Assembly: GCA_965203905.1 (NCBI GenBank) | Contig: CBDBDQ010000005.1 | Location: forward strand, 6,656,001-6,720,000 | DNA from: Spirochaetia bacterium | GTDB taxonomy: Bacteria; Spirochaetota; Spirochaetia; SZUA-6; Bin103 | Reading direction: 5' to 3' | DNA length: 64,000 nt | In this document: one piece after another, positions 21,489-30,386 of the stretch | How positions within the stretch are numbered: the stretch's first letter is position 1 | Layout of the letters: each line of letters opens with the position of its first letter | Made by a program: the position numbers and the translations under genes | Notes under the pieces: model-generated | Databases searched by the model: none | Told to the model about the DNA's origin: nothing | What the model saw: the letters and a program-made list of their open reading frames with translations, nothing else

Positions 21489-21646
21489 TGGGGAATCTCG
21501 GAATGTTCCTCCTCCCCAGCCTGATTCTGGGCACGTCCTCTTCGGCCGCCGCCATACGGATATTGCCGATCGCCACCGGGGTCGTGTGGATCAATCTGAT
21601 GATCGACCTGCTCTATGCCTATCTGGGTCCGAGGTTGCGCGACGCC
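21489..21646 (+). pseudogene. Collapsed dppB remnant
   Basis: LGNLGMFLLPSLILGT joined to ATGVVWINLMIDLLYAYLGPRLR. Confidence 0.75.
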
Positions 21647-21835
21647 AGCACGCTCAGGGGCCGGGTCGGTCGTCTCGGCCGCCGAGCGCGCCGCGGCGGC
21701 CGGTCCGACGACGCGAGCCACCGCAGGCCACGTCCATCGCGTCCATCGGCACGCCGCGTAGGTGCACGCAGGTGCTGCAGGTGCTAGGCCAGGTTGACAG
21801 GCGCCGCGCTGGGGGGACACTCACAGAGAGAAACG

Positions 21836-22243
21836 CTTCTTCAACACCTCGGGGCCGGTGGTTGCCGCCGACCACTACTGCGTGCCGGCGCTCGAACGAC
21901 TCGATCTGAGCGAGGTCCTCTCGCTGATCGGCACCAAGCGCTACTTCGTGCTGCACGCGCCGCGCCAGACCGGCAAGACCTCGGCGCTGCTGGCACTCCG
22001 CGATCTGCTGAACGCGGGCGCCCACGGCAGGTACCGTTGCGTCTACGTGAACGTGGAGGCCGGCCAGGCGGCACGGGAAAACCAGGCGGAGGCGATGCGC
22101 GCCACCCTCAGCGAACTGGAAGTCGAGGCGGAGGCGACGCTCGACGACCCGTTGCCCGCCACCCTGTGGCCGAGGCTGCTGGATCGCGCCGGCCCGCTGG
22201 GAGTGTTGCGAGTGTTGCGCCAGGTGTTGACGCGGTGGGCCCA
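21836..22243 (+). pseudogene. ATP-binding (AAA) protein N-terminal fragment
   Basis: FNT.GPVVAADHYC.P..YFVLHAPRQTGKTS. Confidence 0.8.
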
Positions 22244-22250
22244 GGCCACT

Positions 22251-23012
22251 CGACGGTCCGGCATGTCGACGATCTCCCGTACCGCGGCACACACCCGGTC
22301 GAACACCGCGATGAACGCAAGCTCTTCGGTGAGATCACGGCGCACCGTATCGGCAACGCGGTCGTGCAGGTCGATCGGTTCATGGCGCAAGTGCGAAACT
22401 GAGATGTGCCACGATCGATTGCTCCGTGGCATATTGCCGGGGATACTGTTCCACGATTCGCCGGCCGCGCACCTCGGTGCGCCGCGCCCCTGCCACGACG
22501 TAGCTCTCGACCGCCGGCGGCGGGACCGCCAACTTCAGCTCACGCCTGAGCCAAGCGTGGCCGGTCGGGCTGCCGTCCTGGTTGCTGACGGGAATAGTCA
22601 TGCAGAATCGATTCCGCTCCTTCCAATGAGTTTAGACAAAGCTATCTTTATGCCGGACTGTCGGGTGGCGCTGTTCGTGCGGCTCTGCATGGAAAACGGC
22701 GGCCGGCTTTCCGCGACGAAAAGACGCATTTTCGCAGAACTGAACGACGTCGAAGTCGCCGCGATGCAGGCATCGATCGGGGAAGCGCTCGCCGACTCCG
22801 TTTCAGGCCCATCAGCTTGACCGCGGGGTAGCTCGCTGCGCCACACGCGGACCACATGGACGTGGGCCGTGCCCCGGCGATAGACAATACGAAACGGTGG
22901 CTGGATGAGTTCCCGAAGAGCAGGCTGATCGAACTCGGGCACGACTCGTCCGCTGTCGGGAAATTGAACGTTGGTTGTCGGGACCGTGGCGGCTACCATC
23001 GCACCATCGTGT
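22251..23012. repeat. Second copy of the Fic/ParE block: 22251-22653 inverted and further deleted, 22650-23012 direct copy of 20021-20383
   Basis: Near-identical sequence by visual alignment. Confidence 0.9.
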
Positions 23013-23050
23013 GCAAGTGGCGCAAGTGGTTCAGTGATCGGCGGGCTGCC

Positions 23051-23928
23051 CTACCGCGACGCAGCGCGATCGGCGCCGAGACGGCCGCCACCGCCGCGCA
23101 GCCGCGGGTCGAGCAGGTCGCGCACCGCGTCGCCGAACATGTTCAGGCAGTACACGACAACCGTCAGACACAGCCCCGGCCACAGCGCCAGCCGCGGCGC
23201 CACCTCCATGAACTCGCGCCCTTCCCGGCTCAGCATCCCGCCCCAGCTCGGCACCGAGATCGGCAGTCCGAACCCCAGGAAGCTCAGCGCAGCCTCGCTG
23301 ATGATCACGCCACCCACGTTGATCGTGAAAATGATGATCACCGGAGCCGCGATGTTGGGCAGGACGTGGTGGATGAGGGTTCTCCACCGGGTGCCGCCGA
23401 TCGCCTCGGCCGCCTGAAAGTAGGCATTCTCCTTGACGCCGATCACCGCGCCGCGGACCACTCGCGAACCGCCGATGCCGCCTGTTACCCCCAGCACCAC
23501 GATGATCTGCGGCAAACCCCGACCTACCAGCGACATGATGGTGAGCAACAGCAGCAGCCCCGGAAACGCCATCCAGGCGTCGACGAAGCGCTGCATCGCC
23601 AGGTCGAGTCGACCGCCGAAGAATCCCGATATGCCGCCGACCAGCACCGCCACCACGACGTTGACCATGGTCGCCGCCAGACCCACGGTCAGCGAAATCC
23701 GGGCGCCGAACACCAGGCGGCTCAGCAGGTCGCGCCCCAACTGGTCGGTCCCCAACAGGTACCGGTTGGAGGGCGCCTGCATCCGGTCCACGATGTTGAC
23801 TTCATCATGCGGGTAAGGCGCCAGCACATCGGCAAAGATCGCCACCAGAATCAACAGCAGGATGACCACCCCGGCGATGATGCTCAGCGGCTTCTTTCCT
23901 TGACCAGCGTGTGAAAGAACTCAGTCAT
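23051..23928 (-). CDS. DppC-like permease (partial operon 3), frameshift near 23895; close paralog of operon 2 dppC
   Basis: Protein nearly identical to 13984-14860. Confidence 0.85.
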
Positions 23929-24316
23929 AGCGCACCCTCGGGTCCAGGACGGCGTAGATCAGGTCGATGAGTTAGATTGATCACCACCACCCCGGTGGCG
24001 AACAACAGGTTAATGCCGGAGACCATCGGGTAGTCTCTGTCATTGAGGGCATGGAGCAAGAGGCGACCGAGCCCCGGCAGGTTGAAGATGTTCTCCATGA
24101 TCACCGCACGCCCCACCAGAATCGGCAACTGCAGGCCGATCAGGGACACCACCGGGATGAGGGCGTTCTTGACGGCGTGTCGGACCACCACGGCCCGCTC
24201 CTTCAGCCCCTTGGACCAGGCGGTGCGGATATAGTCCTGCCTCAGCACCTCCAGCATCATGGTACGCGTCATCCGCATGGTGGCGGCAGCCGCGGCGGTG
24301 CCCGGAATCAGGCTGG
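23921..24316 (-). pseudogene. dppB 3' part, truncated and frameshifted
   Basis: MRMTRTMMLEVLRQDYIRTAWSKGL..; 5' part replaced by an AAA fragment. Confidence 0.85.
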
Positions 24317-24326
24317 TGGCCGCGGT

Positions 24327-24971
24327 CTACTGCGCCAGCAGTGCCCGTATCTCCTGCTCCGAGAATTCGCCCAGGCGCAGCGACTCGGACTTGATGTTGA
24401 AAGCGCTGCCGCCGAGCACCAGCCGATTCTCGGCCGCGCGAGTGGATGCCGTAGCGCGCACGTCGCCGCTGCGCAACTGCCGCAGCACCGCCAGCAGGGT
24501 GTCGCCCACCAGCGCGTCGATCTCATCGATCAGCAGCACCAGCGGCCGCGGATCGGCCATGCTCCAGCGCGCCAGTGCCTGGCGCAGTGCTGTGCCAGGC
24601 ACTACCCGCTCCAGCAGGCCGGGCCAGAGTTCCTCCAGGGTGTCGTCGCCCAGCGTCACGCTCGCCTGGAGCGCCAGTTCGGCAAGCACGGTGCGCACGC
24701 GCTCGGCCACGTTCTCACGCATCGCATGGCCATCCTCCACGTTGGCGTACATGCAACGGAAATCGCCGGCAGCGCCGCCGTTCAGCAGATCCCGCAGTTC
24801 CAGCAGCGCCGAGGTCTTGCCGGTCTGCCGCGGTGCGTGCAGCACGAAGTACTTCTTGTCCCGGACCAAGCCGAGCACCGCATCGAGATCGATCCGCTCC
24901 AGCGGTGGGATGCAGTAGTGGTCCGCGGCCACTACGGAACCCGCGGTGTTGAACTGGCGCACGGTCGCCAT
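24327..24971 (-). pseudogene. ATP-binding (AAA) protein, truncated and internally deleted
   Basis: RQFNTAG..HAPRQTGKTS..LLIDEID..GGSAFNIKSESLRLG. Confidence 0.8.
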
Positions 24972-25132
24972 CGTCGCAGAGTACGGCTCGGCTGTCATCC
25001 TCGCCAACAACCCGCTACCCGGAGCCCGACCACCGAACAAGCTGCATCTCGTCCTCGTGGGTCACTCCGCCGTGGTCCTCGACCAACCACTACCGCCAGC
25101 CGTCGTGAGCAGGGATGATGTTTCGCGCTGAC

Positions 25133-25254
25133 TCAGCCCGTCCGCGGGACGCGGAGGCCACGGCGGCCGATACCGTGCTTGGCGCCGCCGAACCGCCTCA
25201 TGTGCCCGCGCAGCCGCAGATCGAGCAGGTCGCGCAGCGCGTCGCCGAACATGT
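25133..25254 (-). pseudogene. dppC 3'-end remnant
   Basis: MFGDALRDLLDLRLRG. Confidence 0.8.
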
Positions 25255-25292
25255 CTGGGAAAAAGAAAAGCGCATAGAACACCTCCTTTGTT

Positions 25293-25706
25293 TTACGCGG
25301 CCACTGAGGCCACTTCAAGGCGCAATCCGATGGCACCTAAAGCAGCATCCATCTGATCCAACCGAGAATGGTGATTGACGTTCAACACACGATCTACTTG
25401 TGGGAGATGCCAGCCCAAGCGCCGTGCCAACTCGGCCTTGCCGATGTTCTGATCACGCATGCCTTGGTACAGGATCACTTTGACGGCGGTAAGGGTCGGC
25501 AGTTGGACGGTGATATCGCCTGGGGATGGCATGGGAATATCTCTCCGATCGTGGATACGAGCGGCGACCGCTTCTTCTAACGCATCGACCGCCCTCACCA
25601 ACGCTTCATCATGATCTTCACCGAATGTAGTCAGTTCTGGAAAATCAGGAGACGTTACGAGTAAAGTATCGTCGTCTTCTTCAAGAATAATTGTGTAACA
25701 CAACAT
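25293..25706 (-). CDS. hicB: HicB antitoxin
   Basis: LVTSPDFPELTTFGED..EAL..DAL plus HTH KAELARRLGWHLPQVDR. Confidence 0.9.
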   Translation of the reverse strand: MLCYTIILEEDDDTLLVTSPDFPELTTFGEDHDEALVRAVDALEEAVAARIHDRRDIPMPSPGDITVQLPTLTAVKVILYQGMRDQNIGKAELARRLGWHLPQVDRVLNVNHHSRLDQMDAALGAIGLRLEVASVAA

Positions 25707-25776
25707 GTCATTGAGTTCCAAGAAATAGTTTTGATATCGCAACTTCAAGAGTCGCCGCGTTTAACCAAGCCCTTTG

Positions 25777-25965
25777 TTAATCCAGGCCTAGATCCTTCTT
25801 AATCTTGGCAACAAGGCCCTTCCCCAGATCCTTATCTGAGCCGTGCACAGGAAACTGAGATACGAGACCATCGCGTCGAACGGTCACATGCCCTCCTCCA
25901 CCCTTGTGGGCTTCGAAGGTGCACCCTCTTTTCTTCAACCATCGTCGTAGTTCGGAACCTTTCAC
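25777..25965 (-). CDS. hicA: HicA toxin
   Basis: ELRRWLKKRGC..GGGH..PVHG.KDLGKGLV.KIKKDLGL. Confidence 0.9.
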   Translation of the reverse strand: MKGSELRRWLKKRGCTFEAHKGGGGHVTVRRDGLVSQFPVHGSDKDLGKGLVAKIKKDLGLD

Positions 25966-26179
25966 CTATCCCTCTAGCTTCCGGGGGACCTGCCCCGCCG
26001 ATTTTTTGACCCTTTCTCATTTGGATGACTCCTCCGTAGGGAGAAGTATACACAACAGATCTGTTTATAGGCAACCAGGAGGCTCTCACGGCCAGACTGA
26101 CTGGGCTTTGCCGAGTTGACGTCGGTCGGGCGTCCCATCGAACGGGAAGCGGCCCCGTTGATGATTGGGCGTACCAATG

Positions 26180-27262
26180 GCGTACCACGGCGCCGCGGCG
26201 TACCACTCCTTCACCCGCGGCGGCGGTCAGGAGCCGCTGTTCATCACCGGCGCGTCGCCGATCACCATGGACGACGTGACCAGCGGCTTCAGCATCGGCA
26301 CCAACATAACCTGGAACCGGACTTCAACGAGATGGTCGGCTTCACCGCGGTGGAGGTGCGGCGCTTGGTGGAGAAGTACCGCGACCTGGGCGTGTTCAGC
26401 CAGGAGGTCGTGACCGCCATGGGCATCATGGGCGAGTGGTACAACGGCTACCCGGTTTGCCGAGGAAGCGGAAACCGATCTGTACAACACCGACATGGTA
26501 CTCTACTACCTGAAGCACTCGATGCCGAACCGAGACGTGCCAACGTACCTGATCGACACCAACGTGCGCATCGACTACGGCAAGCTGCGCCACCTGCTGG
26601 TGGTTGGCCGGCAGCTCAACGGCAACTTCGACCTGCTGCGCAACATCATCGGCGAGGAGCGGGTGGACGTGCTGCGCATCCAGCCGAGCTTCCCGCTGAA
26701 ACAGCTCACCGACGAGGAGAACTTCCTGTCCCTGCTGCACTACTTCGGGCTCCTGAGCATCCGTGAGGTGACAGGCGGTGCGCTACGGCTGGGGATTCCC
26801 AACCAGACCGTGAAGCGGCTGATGTACGGGTATCTGCGCGATGCCCACCGCGACGTGGAGGTGTTCCGGATCAGCCTGTTCCGGTTCGAGCAGTCGCTGA
26901 TGCGGATGGCCAACAAGGGCGAGTGGCGGCCGGCTTTCGAGTTCCTGGGCGAGGCAATCGCCCGGCAGACCCGGATTCGCGACTACATCGCCGGGGAGAA
27001 GGTAATGGCGCCCCGTGCCGGGGCGCTGGGTTTTCTGGCGGCGTATCTGAGCCTGGCCGACTACTACGTGTTGCGGTCGGAGGTGGGGAAGGGACACGCG
27101 GACATCGCCCTGGAGCCGCTGGTCGCCCGCCACCCGCACTTGCAGCGCGGCTACCTGATCGAGCTCAAGTATCGAGCGCGTTCCGAGCCGGCGGATCAGG
27201 CCGCGGTCACGACGGTGGTCGAGGAGGCGCAGGCGCAGCTCCTGCGGTATCTGGCGGACGAA
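26180..27262 (+). pseudogene. AAA-ATPase-like/PD-(D/E)XK gene lacking its N-terminus, frameshifted
   Basis: FITG.SP, WYNGY, YNTDMVLYY, IDTNVRIDYGKLR, IPNQ, GHADI..IELKY. Confidence 0.85.
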
Positions 27263-27383
27263 CCAGGATCTCCGCTACGATCCGGCTCCCGATGTGCCGG
27301 ATGCCCTGGCTCTGGTACCAGCCCACAAGGTCCTGCAGGTCCGCGAGAGCAGACTCCGAGAAGCGGATCGGTGTGTCAGGCAC
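27257..27383 (-). pseudogene. ParE/RelE toxin N-terminal half
   Basis: IRFSESALADLQDLVGWY..SRIVAEIL directly after the antitoxin. Confidence 0.7.
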
Positions 27384-27387
27384 CCGG

Positions 27388-27658
27388 CTACCCGAGTCCG
27401 AGCCGTTCCTTCACCTCAGTCAGGGACCACTCCCGGCCGGCTTCCAGATCTGCAAGCCCGGCTACCACGGCCCGCATGAAGTCCCGCTCATCCTCGGCTG
27501 CCTCGAAGTCGGCCACCGACTGAACGACGGCTACGCCGCGGCCGCGGCTGGTCAGCAACACCGGCCGGTGCGCCTCCGACGCGTGCCCGACCACCCGACC
27601 CGGATTCACCTTCAAGTCGGTGAGGGGGGACGATATCTTGCGAGAACTTGATACCCAT
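27388..27658 (-). CDS. Phd/YefM antitoxin, +1 frameshift in G6 run at 27624-27629
   Basis: MGIKFSQDIVP/LTDLKVNPG..RPVLLTSRGRGVAVVQS. Confidence 0.75.
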
Positions 27659-27711
27659 GACTTGGTCCGACAATAGCACCAGATAAGAGGTCCTGTCGAC
27701 GCCCACCACGG

Positions 27712-27932
27712 CGGCGACCATTGCACCATCGTGCAGTGGCGTAAGTGATTTCGCGTCGGTACCGTGGCCGCCGTCATGGCCCTGATCCCGGTACATGCAT
27801 CCGGTGAAGAGCTGCCCGTGGCGATGGGACGCGTGGTCGGCACACGACGCCGGCACGGGCGGGGATCCCCTCCTGGCGGCGCCGATCCTGGCGGAGGGCG
27901 CCGACGAGCTGGCCGATCCGAACCGCTGGCAG
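27712..27932 (+). pseudogene. Collapsed 5' fragment of the haloperoxidase-like gene
   Basis: gtcatggccctg..acatgcatccggtgaaga (cf. 30432-30469) and gagctggccgatccgaaccgctggcag (cf. 30977-31004). Confidence 0.8.
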
Positions 27933-27978
27933 CTTGGCCGGCGTTGACAAGGATCCGCACATACATGACAGTTCATTT

Positions 27979-28221
27979 ATGAAGACCATTACGATAAATG
28001 TATCGGAGCCGGTCTATCGGGACTTCCAGCGCATCGCCAAGGCGCAGGATCGGACGGCGTCCGAGCTGATTCGGCAGGCGATGGAGGAATTCCGCGAACG
28101 GCGGATCGTCCGCTCCACCACGCTGGCCGATCTGAGCCCGGTATCCGTGGGCCGGGTGCTGGCGCCGTTGCGCCGCGGGGATGACCTGCTGGCCGAACTG
28201 CTCGACGATGATCGGGATTGA
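27979..28221 (+). CDS. CopG/RHH antitoxin
   Basis: MKTITINVSE..RTASELIRQAMEEF; overlaps the PIN gene. Confidence 0.85.
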   Translation: MKTITINVSEPVYRDFQRIAKAQDRTASELIRQAMEEFRERRIVRSTTLADLSPVSVGRVLAPLRRGDDLLAELLDDDRD

Positions 28222-28669
28222 TACGACGTTCCTGGTTCAGCTTGAGATTCGGGAGTCCGAGTCGCATGTCGCAGCGCTTGAGGTGCTGCGCGACCGGATT
28301 CTGGGCCGTGACCGCGAAGCGGCGCTCGCGCCGCAGGTGCTCACCGAATTCGTGCACATCGCGACCGACCCGCGTCGCTTCAAGCGGCCGCTCTCCATGG
28401 ATCTGGCGGTCGGGAAGGCTGCTTTCTGGTGGAACGCTCGGGAAGTGGCGAGGGTATTCCCGGATGAGGAGTGCGTGGCGCAGTTCCTGGCCTGGATGAG
28501 GGACCACGGGCTCGGTCGCAAACGACTGCTCGATACGATGCTCGCCGCTACCTACTACGGGTGCGGCATCACCACGATCGCGACATCGAACGCCCGCGAC
28601 TATCGGACATTCGGCGTATTCGAGCTGATCGAGATCTCAGAAGGAGCCGATACGCGCCGACCTACCTGA
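28208..28669 (+). CDS. vapC: VapC PIN-domain toxin
   Basis: IDTTFLV..QVLTEF..RLLDTMLAAT..TSNARDY. Confidence 0.88.
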   Translation: MIGIDTTFLVQLEIRESESHVAALEVLRDRILGRDREAALAPQVLTEFVHIATDPRRFKRPLSMDLAVGKAAFWWNAREVARVFPDEECVAQFLAWMRDHGLGRKRLLDTMLAATYYGCGITTIATSNARDYRTFGVFELIEISEGADTRRPT

Positions 28670-28740
28670 TCGACACCCAACGTGTATCGACTACCGCCGC
28701 CTCGCGGCGTCGCTGTCGGCCCAGCCCCGCCTCCCATACG

Positions 28741-28787
28741 GAGTCCTGTCGGATCTGCCGCTGACGCGCCAATCCGACAGACTCCTA
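28741..28787. mobile_element. Minimal IS-end remnant: two IRs resembling those of the IS1182 element, about 16 bp apart
   Basis: gagtcctgtcggat..aatccgacagactccta versus IS ends at 7180 and 9038. Confidence 0.65.
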
Positions 28788-29210
28788 ATGCGCCTGTGAC
28801 AGCTCGATGGTGACGTTGTCGGGGGCTTGCAGGAAGCAGATCACGTGACCCGGGCTGAACTCGAACGGTTCGGCGGCGAAGGTGGCGCCCTTGGCGCGGA
28901 TCTCCTCGCAGAACGCAGGCAGGTCGCCGTGGTAATCGTAGCCGAAGTGGTCGGCACCCCACCCGTCGTGGCTCACATAGCCGGCGAACTGCCGCATCGG
29001 CTTGGTGTCGATCTCCGGCGACTCGCCCGGCCGGCGGCCGCGGATCAGCAGCCGCATGCCGCCGAGATGGACGGTGAACTGCGGCGCCCCCAGCAGCTCC
29101 GACTGGTCGGCGATGCTGCCGCCGAGGATCTCCTCGTACCAGCGCGCCGCGGCCTGCGGATCCTCGCTGATCAGATGAATGTGGTCGAACCTGACTCCCG
29201 TACTGCCCAT
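28785..29210 (-). CDS. VOC/glyoxalase family protein
   Basis: FDHIHL..AARWYE, DHFG, FLQAPDNVTIEL; GGAGG SD. Confidence 0.88.
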   Translation of the reverse strand: MGSTGVRFDHIHLISEDPQAAARWYEEILGGSIADQSELLGAPQFTVHLGGMRLLIRGRRPGESPEIDTKPMRQFAGYVSHDGWGADHFGYDYHGDLPAFCEEIRAKGATFAAEPFEFSPGHVICFLQAPDNVTIELSQAH

Positions 29211-29220
29211 GATTCCTCCT

Positions 29221-30165
29221 TCAAACCGGCATCGCGCGCTTGGTGTGGGCGCGCCCGATGCGGGCTATCTCCTGGTCCGGCGCGGTGATCACCAGTGCCC
29301 CGGCGTCGATCAACGCGGGAAAGTCGGCCGGCGCGGCATACCCGGTGAACGGGTGGAAGTATACCCCGCCCGCCTCACACGCCTCCTTGACCCGCTGTTC
29401 GATCTCCACCATCTCCTGCGGCCAGGGATCGGAAAGCGAGCGGATCCCGAGCGTCAGCGCCATGTCGCCCGGGCCCACCTCCGCGAACCCCACCCCCGGC
29501 ACCTGCATGATCTCCTCGACGTACGGCAGCGCCGCCTTCGATTCGATCTTGATGCCCAGGAACAGCTCGCCGTCGGGATTCAGCGGCCACGGATCCGCCT
29601 TTTCGATGTAGGTGTCGGCGTCCACGCCCCACACGTGGCCGGCGCTGTCCTCCGAGGCGATGCCGCGCATGCCGGTGCCGAGGCCGGTGCCGACGCCGAG
29701 ACGGTTGATCGGGTAGCGGCACGCCTCCACGAACGCCGCCACCGCGTCCGGCGTGTTGGCCTTGCACAGGATGATGCCGTGCACGCCGCGCGCCAGAAGC
29801 TGCTGGCACTGCCAGGCGTTGGCCTCCACCACCGCGCGCGAGGTGCCGTTGACCGGCGCCTCGACGATGATGGTCGGCGTGCGGTGGCCACTGCGCGTCG
29901 GCCCGGCGTCCACCATGCCGTGCAGGTAGTCGTCGAGCCCCGCCACGTTGAACGACCCGTGCTCGAAGCCCACGTTGATGTAGTCGGCCCAGTGCCCGGC
30001 GTCGGTCTGCCCCTGCTCGTAGGTGAGGACCGGGGTGTGGCTTGCGGTGAGCGCGCCCTTGGGCCTCCGGTGAAAGGTGCCGGCAAGCCCGGTGTGCCCA
30101 CCCACGTAGTAGATCGGCTGCCCGCACTCCAGCAACTCGATAGTCCGATTGATCCGGGTTCCCAT
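29221..30165 (-). CDS. HpcH/HpaI aldolase/citrate lyase family protein
   Basis: FEHG, LARGVHGI, ACRYP, GIKIES, EVGPGDM. Confidence 0.85.
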   Translation of the reverse strand: MGTRINRTIELLECGQPIYYVGGHTGLAGTFHRRPKGALTASHTPVLTYEQGQTDAGHWADYINVGFEHGSFNVAGLDDYLHGMVDAGPTRSGHRTPTIIVEAPVNGTSRAVVEANAWQCQQLLARGVHGIILCKANTPDAVAAFVEACRYPINRLGVGTGLGTGMRGIASEDSAGHVWGVDADTYIEKADPWPLNPDGELFLGIKIESKAALPYVEEIMQVPGVGFAEVGPGDMALTLGIRSLSDPWPQEMVEIEQRVKEACEAGGVYFHPFTGYAAPADFPALIDAGALVITAPDQEIARIGRAHTKRAMPV

Positions 30166-30386
30166 GCTCCGCGTCGATGCCACCTCAGGGACACTGTAGC
30201 CTGATCCTGAAATCGCGACCAGCCAGCAATCAACAAACAAGCCGCGATGCTCGGTGAACCGCACCGGAAACCCACAGATTGCCGGCGCTCGCTTCCCCTC
30301 CCATTGCGTAGGGACCGGCAGCGGCCGTGCACCGCGGCGTCGGGCACTTTGAACGTCGGGACCGCGGCGGCTACCATTTCACCACT

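Noticed and set aside
22648-22655. TTATGCCG as a RIT recombinase site at the Fic inversion
   Set aside because: Explained by an atgc microhomology between the joined segments; no partner site arrangement.
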